62,046 nt of DNA, filler included, from Albugo candida (GCA_040437565.1; 11 parts of 11 records of this genome joined end to end with filler, not necessarily neighbours in it), one strand, 5' to 3'; positions 12,252 through 25,560 are shown, numbered from the whole stretch's first letter. Made by a program: numbers and translations. The notes: generated by a model not told the origin, from the sequence alone.

Positions 12252-15200
12252 TTATTCAATAATGTAGCGAGGATATTTAAATATAATGTTGTAATTGCTT
12301 TTGATATCGTAAACAATACCACAAGGAGAGTGTATGCAATGTACAGGAAGAATAGATAAATATGAGTCGGGTAAAAAAGAGTTTTGGCAGGTAGTGGTGT
12401 TAATAGAGTCATACATTGTCAGATGTACTTCATTTTCTTTAAACCACTTTAAGTAACAGAAAGTAAAAGTGAAAAGGTTGAACTCGTCAGTGTTTGCATC
12501 AGGTAAGTAAATGTCATGTCTAAAAAAATACTGCACCTGAGCTACACGAAGCTTGTTCTTCCATTGATCTTCTTGTAAATAATGTTCCCTGTAGTATGCA
12601 TTGATTATATTCCCCTTTCGGGATGATGTTTCCATCGAATTATAATCGTTGCCGAGAATATTGATTGAATTGAAGCGTACAATCTTGTTTTCTACAGCAG
12701 AATAATCTTTTGTAGTTTTAAGAAGGGAGCTCTTCAGATCATTGGAAGCATAGACATGTTCATTACAGTAGTAACTATAGTAAGCAACAAGATGTTGAAA
12801 ATCATCTTCTATCATTCTTTGCCTTTGAGTTTTGAAGTAAAGTGAGGCTATAGTTCTCTCAGGAAGTTGTTCACAACCAAAAGCATGAACATAACCATCA
12901 CCAATCAAGTTACCCGAGAAGGAGATAAAGTTTATCATATCAAACTCACCATCCTCTCTTACGGCATTTATTTCCCCTTGCAAAAAATTTTCAACAAACT
13001 TGCTTCGATTACCATATATGTCTTTACCACCCATAATCTTCCTCAAAGAAGAACCCAGCTCACAATTGTCAATAAACCCACTTACACTGGAAGGAACATC
13101 CAACTTCAATTCTTGGTCGTGGACTGATAATAACATTCTTCTTATGATGGTCCTTTCTAGTCCTGCCTTACCATTAGTTCTAATATTTTTTAATAGCTTG
13201 TTGTAGCGTTCATAGTTGAAGCATTGATGAGTCGAGAATGGGCCATAATTTAAAATATCAAGCTATAAATAGAATTGTAAATAAATAAAAATCAAAAAAT
13301 TCCCTTTTCTCTTTTTTTCTCTCTTTTTACTTACTTTTAAATGGAAGTGGTAGTGTAAGTTGGACATAACTTCTTGCTTTCCATACAATGCAACAAAACC
13401 TTTACCAAATTGCTGAAGAAGATCTTGACACTTTTCGAGTTGCCCAACGGAGATGTTTGGTAATGACATTGTACGCATGCATTCAACAAACAACATCAGA
13501 TTATCATACTTTGCTGTTTCAATTTTACCCTTTAACAACAAGGGAGAGAGAATCAAAGTAAACACCTTCCAGTCAATAGCACGGAACTGCGAAAACCCTT
13601 TACCCATTACGATCTTACGGGCAATGCAATTTGAATCGTCACCAGTAGGAAGAATGACCTTGGAGCATAAATCGGACATCTGTTGGAGGGCGCCGTCAGC
13701 GAACATTTCTTGCTTCAAAAATATATGCTGGAAGATACGAGAGCAGCTGCCCAAATACAAGTTGTGCATAGGGTCTATTACTGTGTAGTTGACAGCATCA
13801 TGGTAAGGTAATAAGTGTAGTTGTGAAAATCTAACACCATACTGACGAACAAAATTCTTACGGCTAGTGTCGTTGTGTAGCTCTTTAAACTGGTTGGCAC
13901 GAAGCAAGTTTGTTTCTTTATCACGAAGTTTAAAGTTTTGGCACTCCATGTCTGAAAAGTCCACTTGACGAGTACCAGGAAACAACTCAAAGACTCTATC
14001 ACATTTTCTGCATGCATTATAGCTATTATGAGCAGAAAAACCCATACACTTGTTGGCGGCAGGAATATCGTGAACAAACAAAGTGGCAGCAGCTTTCACC
14101 TCTACTTCACCAACACCAGCAGCAAACATCTTGACACCATTCATCAAAGTTAATAAATCATCAACAAGTGGCTTGAGATAGTGATTTATTTGCTCTAACG
14201 AAGGCTCACCACCACCAGGCATCAAACCAACGAAAATTGTGTTTGAACGAAGGTTTCTTAACTCAATTGGCAAATTAAGAATAGTCATGTACATGCCTAA
14301 AATAAAAAGGAAATGACGGTAAGTTTTCAAATAGAAATAAAAAAAAATGTTTATGCTTATTACCTCCTATACTATATTCACTTAATTGTCTATACCAATC
14401 GAGATTGAATGCCAACATGAGATTATGATCGGATTGTTCAACAAACGGGGTGGAGTCGTTCGGATCCAATTTAAATTCTTTGAATACTTTGCCGTCGTAT
14501 ACATCGAAAAAGTGATCATCTACTACAAGACTTCTGTTCTTCCACTTGGTAATATTATCAACAAATCCTTCACGAGTATAGAATTTCTTTAAAGTGCTGA
14601 TGATGGAATTGTACATGTATATAGCCTTGGGTAATAATTTTCCTGCTTTGGAAACATCATACAATTCATTGTTACACCGTTCATAGACTTGACCAGTTTC
14701 AGATACACGCTTAGGAAATGAACAATTGAAGTTGGCTTGTCTTACAGCTTGATCATCAGATAATTGGTGATGTTGGTGACATTTCTTGCAAGGTACGTAC
14801 GTTTTCAAACCAGAATAAATCTTATTTTCTAAATCCATTCTTTTCATAAAGGTTTTGACCTTTTTAGGGAAACGGAATTGAAGGCCTGCAAGAACCAATG
14901 CTACGTTTAAGAAAGCCATCACGATTTCAGAACCTTCATCAGTGAGATAGCGACCAGTGATAGCCATCATCATTAAAACAAGCACAAAAGATATAGGTTC
15001 AGTTGGAACTTGTTTAGGATCTTGGTAGTCAACTTGTTCATGTGCAGCTTCTAGAACAAAAAATAGAAGAAATATGTAAGTATAAATTTCTGTATAATAT
15101 TTAAAAGTTAAAAAAAAAAAGTGCTTACCCTCAAAATCACTATCTTCATCAGATCCGACATCAAAATCGTTGTTAAGATCAGTATCCAAGAAATCATAAA

Positions 15201-15675
15201 CCTCATCTTCTTCTTCCAATTCATAGACACCAGTAGGTTCAAAAACTTCTTCATTACCAGAGTCTTCTTGGTACACATCAGTTGGATCATAATCTTTTGT
15301 CATGAAAAAAATATAGAAAGGTTAGATGATTATAAGAGAAAAGATTTTTTTTTTTTTTTTACCATAGTCTACATCATTATCAGAACTAACTTCAGTCATT
15401 TGTTGATCTTTGATAGTACTAGCAGAGGGTAAATTTGTATACACTATGGATTGGAAATTAAAGGTTAGTTTGCAATATTTAATTATCAATTATGTAGTTT
15501 ATGTACCTCCTGAAATTGTACTATTGTTGGCAACAGAGTAGGCGGTTGCTCTACTCTCAGCATAGGGGTCTGAAGCCCAGTGTGCCTTGCGTCTTTTAAG
15601 GGAAATAAATTGGTAAGGTGTTACCCCATTGTTACAGTTATTACAAAAGCATGCAACATGATTAGATTTGCCCAT
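12252..15675 (-). CDS. CACTA/EnSpm-like transposase, 6 exons, ~1024 aa, apparently intact
   Basis: Exons 15675-15507, 15443-15363, 15293-15129, 15050-14364, 14296-13335 and 13262-12252 join in frame through GT-AG introns. Motifs: DVYDGKVF, LAFNLDWY, GGMYMTILNLP..LR, NHYLKPLVDDL, DIPAANKCMGF..HNSYNACRKC, IDPMHNLYLG, NLHYHFHL, YGPFSTHQCFNYERYN. Confidence 0.88.
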
Positions 15676-16148
15676 TTTTTTTTTTAATAAAGAGAAAAGA
15701 ATAAAATATTTAAAAAAGGGGAAAAGAAAAAAGTTTATTTTATAGGAACAGAATTTTATTTTTATTGGCTCATACTCGTTATGTTTTGCATTTCACTGCG
15801 CACAGACACTTCATCAAGATAGAAGAAAAAACAATTAAAAGAAGTTGTTTACTTGTTTGGATTCTTTGTAATACTCTAATTAAAATACTTGTAATTACTT
15901 TATTATCGTCTTTAAAAATTCATATGTATCATAGTTATTATTCAATTTTAAAAAAAGGTTCAATAATAGATACATATATTTATTTGAAACAAAAAGAAAA
16001 TTTTTTTTTTGTCAGTTACCATATTTAATGATTGGATGTTTTCTTTACTGAAACTGTACAAACGAAAAAATTTTACTTTATAATTATCAGTTATTAAAAA
16101 AAAATACATCTTTCTTTTTTGTTCTTTTCTTATCTTTAATTATTAATC

Positions 16149-16598
16149 ATGTCTGAAAAAATGTTCCAGTTTATTGAGCTTGAAGATGAAATTGGTCACC
16201 TTCAAAAATTGTTTAGTGCTAAATATAAAGATTTTGTAGACAATTACAAAGATGGTGCAATATTTTATTATAAAAAATCGCAAATCAAAACAGACAGCAC
16301 AAAGAATCAAAACTTTTTAATAGAATACAACAAGTTAAGAAAGATAGAAAAAGAATTAGTACAAAAAAAAGAAGAGCTGGTTTCGATGATACCTAAAGAA
16401 CTGAAGAAGAACAACACAACTGTACCAAAGCCTTTTGACTTTAACCAAGTGTATAAGGATGAATATTTCGAGGAATTATGGCTAGAGATTGTGAATATGA
16501 GAATTCAAGTAATAAAAGGTTCCCTGAATTCAAACGCAAAGCAACTTGAAAGAATAAATATATATCTACTTTTTTTATCCCGAAAAAAAAAAAATTAA
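16149..16598 (+). CDS. Lys/Glu-rich hypothetical protein divergent from the transposase; possibly exon 1 of a gene ending at 17188
   Basis: ATG-initiated 149-aa ORF in very AT-rich DNA, preceded by T-rich leader; no recognised motif. Confidence 0.5.
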   Translation: MSEKMFQFIELEDEIGHLQKLFSAKYKDFVDNYKDGAIFYYKKSQIKTDSTKNQNFLIEYNKLRKIEKELVQKKEELVSMIPKELKKNNTTVPKPFDFNQVYKDEYFEELWLEIVNMRIQVIKGSLNSNAKQLERINIYLLFLSRKKKN

Positions 16599-16660
16599 TT
16601 CTTTTAAATCTTTTCATCTCTTTCTTCTTCTATCTTTTTTTTTTTTTAATATTTTTATAT

Positions 16661-17188
16661 ATGAACAACTCTTTCCGTACAGAGGACTTGAATAGATTAA
16701 TTCAGACTGTATTTCATGAAGCTCCATGTAAATTAGAAAATCGGAAAAAAGATGAATTATTTCACTATTATCTTTATATGAGAGAAAAAATGATATTACA
16801 TGAAGAATCATTTAATAAAAAATATAGTGCTATAGTTGGCAAATTAATTACAGCTGAAGAATACAATGACGAAGACTTATTTTACCAAGCAGACTATAGC
16901 AAGGATATAATGCGTCAAGTATTCAATCTTAAAAAAGAAGAAACAGCTCATACAGTAATGAAAATAAACCTGCAAAATTTAAAAGCCAAAAATAGAAAAA
17001 AAATGCATATATTGAAAAGAGATCCAATTCGTCCTGCAATACTGTTAAAAGAAAAAACTCTTAAACAAATACAACACGACAAATTAATGAGGAATGTTAG
17101 AGATTACAATAACGCAGAACCTCACAAAGATTGTACTTGTTCATTCAAAGATAGATCCAAGTTTGATTTTCCAGATTTAAACGTTTAA
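16661..17188 (+). CDS. Lys-rich hypothetical protein, or exon 2 of the preceding ORF; C-terminal H..CxC
   Basis: 175-aa ORF followed by AATAAA and an A-tract; I could not resolve a convincing splice phase to the upstream ORF. Confidence 0.5.
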   Translation: MNNSFRTEDLNRLIQTVFHEAPCKLENRKKDELFHYYLYMREKMILHEESFNKKYSAIVGKLITAEEYNDEDLFYQADYSKDIMRQVFNLKKEETAHTVMKINLQNLKAKNRKKMHILKRDPIRPAILLKEKTLKQIQHDKLMRNVRDYNNAEPHKDCTCSFKDRSKFDFPDLNV

Positions 17189-17586
17189 CATTCAATTGAA
17201 ATAAAAAAAAAAAAAAACTTATAGAATTTTTAAAATTAGATTTTGTTTTTTTGTGCATTAATACATGAAGTACTAAAAAGAAATTAACATGTCAAATGTT
17301 ATTGAACTGGTGGTACGTTTGTTGTTTGAAAATAATATAAAATAGACGACAAAAAATTAATTTTTTTTTATTAAGCACACACATATATTTTTTTTAACTG
17401 CCCTTCACACATTAAAAAAAAAAAAAAAAAAAAAAAACGATTTTGATTGGCTAAAATCTCAAGTAGCCGAACATTTATTTTTTAAAAATTACAAGTCGAA
17501 TCTATATAAAATTGAAATCGACATAACTCACTCAATATTTACTTTATCAAAAAACTCCAAGCTACAAAGTTGTTCCAAATACGTTT

Positions 17587-17686
17587 NNNNNNNNNNNNNN
17601 NNNNNNNNNNNNNNNNNNNNNNNNNNNNNNTTAATTAATTAANNNNNNNNNNNNNNNNNNNNNNNNNNNNNNNNNNNNNNNNNNNN
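17587..17686. other. Artificial contig linker
   Basis: 44N-TTAATTAATTAA-44N. Confidence 0.98.
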
Positions 17687-18989
17687 CACAAGGATAGGGT
17701 TTTGTGAGCAAAGGGCAACATCTCAGCCATTTTTTGCTGTTTGTTGATTCATGTGTGAAGGAGGGGCTCTGAAACAGCCCCGTTGCCGAGAAAAACGCAA
17801 ATAAGGATTTGTGAGTGAAAACGAAAAACAGGAGAGCAGGAAAGTTGTTACATTTCGGATAAAGTGATCAATCACAGAAGCTGGGGGCAGATGAGTAAGT
17901 GTTCTTCGGACTCTGTGCTCCTCCAACCTTGAAACTTAAACCCAAGCTCATCTGAAGTCGGACAGCACGCAAATATGCAAAGGATACACCCGTGACTTGG
18001 GGTTTGTAGTGACATACACATATATGGCGATCTCCTCCGACCGGATACGTAAGATTAGGCTGGCGTGCCGTACTTGCCTACCCGTAAACCATTTTTTGGC
18101 CAAAAACATTTTAATATACTCTGTGATTGGATAACAATACGTTGGTATGATCCTGTTCCCTCGTCCCTCGTGTTCAAACACTAAGTCAGGTCCGATAAGT
18201 GACAATATTCATCCATACACGTGTTGAGTGTTCTCGCTACGGCGGTTGATTAGGATAGATTTAATTGTCACAGGATGTGGACCCTACATTCCCACGGGTT
18301 CTTAATGGGTAAGCTCGGTGCCTTGTGCCAATTTTTCATCTCTGAAACGATTGACCGATGAAGCAAATTTTCAAGTCACCTTCGAATGAATGATGATCAT
18401 GTGAATTCACGAGTTTGCGATCAAGTAAAACATAACGATCCATTTCTATCGCGCAGTCAAATACTGAAATAAAGAACGTGAAAGGAACGTTGAGCTCGCA
18501 GGCTCTTTAAGCTCGTTGCGTTTCAACTTTCCATTAAATCGACACGACGATTACACGAAAGTTGTTCGGACAATTCTTGCAAGAGTGAGGGTGTTTCTTG
18601 ATCGGTGGTATACGTTCCTCCTCTGTGCATCTGCTTTTACGTGACGAACACTTTGCACAGTAGAACTTCGACTGGACGTTCACTCTTACACGCGCGTGTT
18701 CTCAACTTCAACTTCGCATACACTCTCACGCACGCTCCCTCAACTTCAACGGTACATACACTCTCTCGGGCGTTTCCTTTAACTTCAGTTCTAACTTCAG
18801 CTGAACATTCATTCCTTTGCCCGTTTCTCTTTTCTAGATCAATTCACATTCATTCTGCCCACAACAATCGATGTCATCTTCACCCTTGATATCACCAACT
18901 TCAACTCAGTCGAAAAATTGCAATGAAGCAATACACAACAAGCAAGCGCTCTGAGCAACAGAAAGGAGAAAGCGATATCACAACGCGAA

Positions 18990-20400
18990 ATGGAAGTACG
19001 CGCATGGAAGAATATAGAAATTCAAGGAGATTCATTCACATCCAGAACCGGACATACTGCTATTGCTTACAGTAAGACTTAGAAAAAGGATTGATTGGCA
19101 ACGCTTACCACTGGATCAAAAAATTTCCTTGTTTGGAGGAACCAATTGCAACGGATGACGACAAGTTTTCTTACATTGTAAATCGGACAAATTCTCCTAC
19201 GAATACACCGAACGGATTTTCACTCTTGTGTTGATGGGCAGAAGTTGAGTCGCAAGGAATAGATCGAATGTACTTCTTTGGCTGATATGATGGACGAAAC
19301 GCGAGCTAGTTGAGCAATTTGTTTTGTTACGAATTTGTTATGAGAACTAATTCTGGATGCCAGATAATGATTGTTATCATTTTAGTCCACAAACGAAAAT
19401 TGGAACGAGTTGAAAGCGTCCGAGGAGTGTTTGTCCCCAAGAACGTACCAATGATAATATGGTCGTTTATGAATGCAATTTGTATATGTTTGGTGGATAC
19501 GATGAAACGACTCGTTTTGATGATCTTTGGCGGTACGGTTTGGCATGGAAGCGCTGAGAACAAGTAACAATGCGTGGAGACATTCTGCTTCCTTCTTTTG
19601 GTCACACAGCTATTCTGCGCGAAAGCAGCCATCTCCTGGTTGTACTTGATGGATGGGATGGTCACACCACTTGGGCCAATTTGTACGAGTTCAATTTCAA
19701 GACACAGCTGTGGAGAACGTTGTAAGCGATTGGATCGATCCCACTACATCAATATCGACATTTTGCGGTGCTTTCCGACTCCGATATGTTCCTCTTTGAT
19801 GGTGTGTGCAAGTCTCAAGTCCGTTTCAATGATCTACAGCGATACAATCTAGGTAAAAAAAGCTTGTACACTGTCAAGGTCGATGCGTGACGAATCTGGC
19901 TTTTTGCTGATACAGTCACCAATTCATGGTCGGAAGTATGTACAAATGGAAACCTTCCATGCAGCAGAACCTTTCATCGTGTTGTTGTCGCTGAGAGTCA
20001 AATGTACCTGCTTGGTGGTTACGATGGAATATACCGGTTATGCAATCTATATTCCACTGAACTTGGTATTTCTTACAGCTTGTATCGATTGTCGATTTCT
20101 AACGATATGGATGGAGACGCACTTTGCCCAATGTCTCTGGTTAACTTATGTGCAGCTTTCATACGCGAAAACTACAAGAACACGGAATCATCGGCTCCAT
20201 TCAGTGACGTACCAGCGGGTACAGCTTCACTTCAAACACATCTTATCACTGCTGAAAACATGTTTCTTTTTCCAGATTTGCTGAACCACATCGTACTCAA
20301 GAGAGGCCAAACTGGCGTTCTTCGAAGAAAATGGGCGCAAATGCAATCATTGTCCTAGAGGACGGTGTGATTTCTATCGATACCTTCGCGGGAAGATACC
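18990..20400 (+). pseudogene. Kelch-repeat protein pseudogene
   Basis: Successive Kelch blades across stops and frameshifts: WKNIEIQGDSFTSRTGHTA, FLFGGT, LYMFGGYD..RFDDLWRY, FGHTA..LVVLDGWDG..NLYEFNFKTQLW, YRHFAV..MFLFDGV..RFNDLQRY, RTFHRVVV..MYLLGGYDG. Confidence 0.82.
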
Positions 20401-20810
20401 TTTTTTAGCACAACAAACTCTGGAAGCGGCTTTCGAATGTTTTTGTGTGCACTCCAGTATCTGTTAGCTGTGAATGTCTCAGGTATGCTTTATCAATAAG
20501 AATGTGGAATGCTCATTTGATCTCGGATTTGGGTACAGCTACTGGCCAACGCCAACCCATCAATCGTCATGTCTCTAAAGTCATGAACGACGTCTTCGCA
20601 CTGACACCGCGTCTACTACGTACCGCATTCTGCACGTGGATTACGGATCGCTCGATCAAATTGCGTCCATCTCGACTTTTGAGAATAGTTTATAGTGACA
20701 CGATCACCAAATAGATGAATATGTCAATTGCAACACACAATTCAAGGCAATATGTTTGATATTACCTTTCGTACTATCATATTCCTTCACAGTACACCAT
20801 CACCATCAGA

Positions 20811-21430
20811 ATGACGCGACATCGTCAAACAATCTTACACTTCGATCTGAATCGCAATATCCTGATGTCAGACACAAATGGATCTCGATTGATTGAAGAT
20901 ACAGTCAATTATCTCTTAGCAGAATGTGTTTGGGTATTTTTGGATTCAACCTCAACAACGCCGCGATGGGTATGCGCATCAACAACTCCTTCCGCCGTCT
21001 GTCCAATTCCAAACCCGATGACGTATAAGCAGTTTGGGGCGAATCAATTACCGTATGAAACTTCAAGACAAGAAGAAGAAACAAAATCTCCGTTCAAAAT
21101 GACGATTTCAACATGTACTGCATCTCTACAGCTGTACGTCTGTATCTCAAGCGATATGTAGGAACGTCAAGGAGCAAAAAGCTCTTCTAGAATCTGCGCT
21201 TTTAATGGTTTATGGAGAAATTGCATTTTTCAGCGGAACTCAACGTGAAAAAGCTCAAGTACGCATTCCCCCTCATTCAGTATCTCAAATGCCTCATTCT
21301 TTGTAGCATCTTGCATTGAAATTCCCAGTTGGTCTACTATAGGAAGTATCGAAGCGACGACGATATTACCTCTTATCATCCTTCATTCTTTTTGAGGAAA
21401 TGTGGATTTTATCTGACTATTTTCAAAAAA
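20811..21430 (+). pseudogene. Decayed copy of a conserved oomycete/protist-type hypothetical protein
   Basis: N-terminus ILHFDLNRNILMSD..G.R.IEDTVNYLLAECVW resembles a family I recall from oomycetes; downstream RYYLLSSF remnant in another frame. Recognition from memory only. Confidence 0.5.
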
Positions 21431-21559
21431 TATGGTTTATATGAGAAAAAATATGGTTTCTATGCCAAAAGTTGAACAATATGGTTTCCATACCAAAGCG
21501 AATATTGCTCCGGGCGAAATTGCAAAAATATGAAAAATACACCAAAAAGTCTGACGTCT

Positions 21560-22195
21560 ACGCATTCTTGAGTGCCATATCGTCAAATGCTGCTTTCTTT
21601 CATGTATGATTCGTTGATCTACAACTGTTTCCATAGCCCAACCAGCATCTAGGCTGTTTTCACTGACTGCTTCTGATTCCAGATAGTCACTTTCTGCTTC
21701 GTTGCTTTCAGATTCGTTTTCACTATTATGTTTATACGATAGCTGCGTCTGTCTCCGTAGTGAATATTCGTGTGGATAAGAATCCGCTGACAAATGATCT
21801 CTGAAGCTGGAGTTCGAAGGCGGTACGGTGGATACTTCGGTTTCCATCACATTCGGTTCGGCTGATAAGTTTGCTTGTTGTCGGGCATTTCGAAATGCCT
21901 TTATGAGATTCGTTTCAATGATATGAACCAGTTGATCTAACTGAGTGAATTGCTTTTGAACTTGGTCAATATGATAGCGATCATAGATTACATATGTAGA
22001 GGGATCTTGCTGTGATCTTTCACAAATAGGACGCAATGTTGTAGGTTTTGCAGAAGAGTCCTTAATGACACAACGAATATTCTAATGCAATTCCAGCAAT
22101 TTGAGCCAAGAAGATTCCTGATTGCACAAAGAATCAGCAATTAATGGAATCGGTTTGATCAGAGTCACGTGCAAGTCGTTTAAATAAGAGGTCAT
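21560..22195 (-). pseudogene. Decayed protein with an acidic linker and a truncated chromodomain-like C-terminus
   Basis: ATG at 22195 with an in-frame stop upstream of ORF 21437..22036; SENESESNEAESDY then GWAMETVVDQRIIHERKQHLTIW (compare chromodomain W.VE.IVD.R....KQYLVKW). Confidence 0.45.
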
Positions 22196-22542
22196 ACTGA
22201 GAAATTGTTGCGCGTGGTGGCGCGGAACGTTGCAGAATACCGGTTAGAAGCTCGGACGGTCGTGTGAATGTGCACATTCATTTGTGCTTTACAGTACTTC
22301 ACACAGCGACATCAAGGTCGTAGCTATTGATAATGGCGGCCACACAATCAAAATCAAAGCTTCTGTCAGCCTCACCAGGGTAATCGTCAAAGAGTCTTCT
22401 GTGGTTGAAACGTATCAGCCGCATCTGCTCAGAAACTGGAGAGCCTCAATCTCCGATGTAACAAACTTTGGATTGGAAAAGATCGTCAGCGCGAGAAAAT
22501 AACGTATTTACGACCAATAGAACGGTACGTATGACCCGCTAT

Positions 22543-23260
22543 TCTTATTGATATAGCGTACCTGAGACATCCGCAACTTCATGACAGATATTGGAGTGCC
22601 CACAGAAACATTCGAAAGCCACTTCCGGAGTTTGTTGTGGTAAATAAGGTATCTTCCCGCGACGGGGTCAAAAGAAATCACACCGTCCTCTAGGACATTT
22701 ATTGCATTTTCTTCGAAGAAAGCCTATTTGGTCTCCTCTTAAATAAGACGTGGTTCAGCAAGTCTGCATAAAGAAACATTTTGAGCAGTGATAAGATGAG
22801 TTTGTAGGGAAGCTGTACCCGCTGGTAAGGCACTGAATGGAGCCGATATTTCCATGTTCTCGTAGTTTTTGCGAATGAAAGCTGCACATAAGTTAACCAG
22901 AGACATTCGGCAAAGTGCGCTTGCATGCATATCGTGAGAAATTGACAATCGATACAAGCTGTAAGAAATACCAAGTTCAATGGAATATAGATCGAGTAAC
23001 CTGTATGTTCCATCTTAAGCCCCAAGCAAGCCAGATCCGTCACGCATCAACCTTGTCAGTGTACAAGCTTTGTTACCTGGATTGTACCGCTGTAGATCAT
23101 TGAAACGGACTTGAGGCTTGCACACACCGCCAAAGATGAACATATAGTTGTCGAAAAGCACAGCAAAATGTCGATATCGATGTGGTGGGATCGATCCAAT
23201 CGCTTACAGCATCCTCCAAAGTTGTGTCTTGGAATTGAACGCATACATGTTCTCAAGGTA
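22543..23260 (-). pseudogene. Second, inverted and partial copy of the Kelch pseudogene
   Basis: Reverse complement matches ~19680-20502; ORFs 22699..23043 and 23056..23280 mirror 19883..20284 and 19574..19852; carries an internal deletion. Confidence 0.85.
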
Positions 23261-23320
23261 TTGTTGAATAGCTGCACCAAATTGAGAGGCAGGAATACAC
23301 CCTTTCGGTCATACTAGCTC

Positions 23321-23420
23321 NNNNNNNNNNNNNNNNNNNNNNNNNNNNNNNNNNNNNNNNNNNNTTAATTAATTAANNNNNNNNNNNNNNNNNNNNNNNN
23401 NNNNNNNNNNNNNNNNNNNN
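23321..23420. other. Artificial contig linker
   Basis: 44N-TTAATTAATTAA-44N. Confidence 0.98.
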
Positions 23421-25560
23421 TCACTGGTCTATCGGTGAGATAGTGGATCCAGTGATCGTTTGTGTAAAATGTCGGGGCAGTAGAAATAAATAACAATTCC
23501 AATAATGCAAGAGCTTTGGTCGCTCGAGTCAAACCGTGAACAGTATCCGGCAGTGACTTCAACCAAGGCATCTCTTTCTTGAACAATACAGCTCTCTTCG
23601 AGGGAAATTTCCCACCGACGTGGCTATTCAATCGCGTCGTAAACGTGACAACTTGGCCGAGATTGTGCGCTGCAAAAACGCGATTAATTAGAAGTAGATG
23701 TGCTACTTCTTTCAACGCAAGATCATTCGACTCCATGCATGAAATAAGCACCCCATGCATGGTGATGGGATGATCTAATGCTGCCCGAATGATTTGGTCT
23801 GGGTTGGTACAACATTGTACCAGCCGACACACATGAGGAATGCAAGCATAGGCTCGACCAGCTTGTCTGGTCGAAGCTGGTAGAGTGCATTTTTGGAATC
23901 CATTTCCATGAGCTCTCCGATTTCACCAATTCGAGTGGGTCGATCCGCTTTTTCCACCGTTGTATGAAGCTTCTTATAAAAGTGCGCTGCCTCTTTCGAA
24001 GTGGCCACCTCCTTTGGCATACGTGCTTTCACGGGAATAATTTGAATGCGGCTGCCATGCTCCGGATGGGCAACCGCTTGGACTTCTTCGACCTCCATCT
24101 CCATAGTTGAGAGCACAGCAAAGTATTTGCTTGTCGCCAACGTTGGGAGCGCCCGAGGTGGTGCGTTGGAAACCACTAGAGCGAACGGCTCAGTTCAATT
24201 ACACTTTCTTCGTGTCCATGCCAATTGCATGTATGTGTCACCATCCCTCTCCACCCGTAGAGGGGAACATGAATTAATTTTCAGATGTAGGATGGGGGAG
24301 TGGGTTGCGATAAGTCTGGTGCCCCTGGTGGTGCGATAGTTGGGGGAGTATTGAGCTCCAACGAGATTTGATCGGAGAGCTTTCCGTTCAGGTTTCCTCG
24401 TCTCCAATTGAGTGTAAATTGGCTTCACTACCGTTTGTGGTACCATCACGAGTGCATTTGGCTCGGTGGTTTATTTTCGTTGCTGTTTTTGTTCTGGTTG
24501 GTTTTGATTCTGAGTTGGAGGCTACATTTGCTTTTTTTTGATATTGTTTTGTTGTCGCCGTACCCCTGTGGCTGGTGCTGCGCCCAAATCCAAGCAATAA
24601 GGACCACGTTGACCGAAATATGGTCTTTCCGTTGGAATAGGAGCATTTTCCCCCTCACTGGATAGAGCTGTTTGTCGTGAGCGATTAGCTCAATCAATTT
24701 ATCCACTCGAACCAGCTGTTGGGGGCATGTTGAAGAGCTAAAAAAGACTCTCCAAGTCGACATCACCACTTCTTTAGTGGGAAACGTCTAGCGAAATGTG
24801 TCATACAACACCTGACAGCCCAGTCAGTAAAGAGAGAGGAGTAGATTGTTCCGTTCTTCACCCACGCCTACGCCGAAGACATTGATGTAGTACTTTGTTT
24901 CAAGAGTATTAAACTTCCTAAAAAAGTACTTGTCCCCAAGGATAGCCACCGACTGACACTCCAACTGCTGGCAGGCATCCACCGTGGTGACCATCACCCT
25001 GATGTTTCCACCAGGCATTTTGGACACCTGAGCGATTGATCGGCTCTCCAGTAGGCTTTCAAAGACCTGATTGCCATGGTCTCGCATTAGGGAGGTCAAA
25101 CGTTTCCCATTTGGAGTACGGGTCAAGAAATGGCACGTCTTCAAGACCATGTGGAAGGTGGGTTTCCGGATTTGGAAAGGTCTTGCTGCTTCCAATTTTG
25201 CAGCCAAGACCGACCACTCTGGATGCTCTCTTTCAGCATACAATTTCAGTATAGCCTCGATATCCGAGCCTGTCGGCTCCAGGAGCCCTACGCGAAATTT
25301 TGCTCGAGCTCGAGCCTAGTCCTTACTTAAGGACCCTTGTGACTTGATAAGGTCGGCCAAGGTGGGACTTTTTTTGGTGTCGTCCACACTTGCAGTTGAC
25401 TTTGGGCACCATGTGACGAGGCAATGACAGTACCACATGTACCACCGGTACCACATCCTACGTCGGTAGTATCGGTATCACCCCGTACCGTCACTCCGGG
25501 GGTGAGGGTACTCTCCACGTCAGAACCCCTGTGTGTTGACTCACAATCCTGCAATCACCC
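23421..25560 (-). mobile_element. Decayed non-LTR retrotransposon ORF1-like region (oomycete type); ORF2 not in the contig
   Basis: Collinear fragments LAAKLEAARP, QVSKMPGGNIRVMV, KYYINVFGVG, LGCQVLYDT, TWRVFFSSSTCPQQL, broken by stops. Family call from memory. Confidence 0.55.

Noticed and set aside
17687..18205. Possible solo LTR (TGTCAC start on the minus strand near 18204)
   Set aside because: No matching end, TSD or second copy is visible.
23365..23420. ORFs extending through N runs
   Set aside because: Artefacts of translating the linker.
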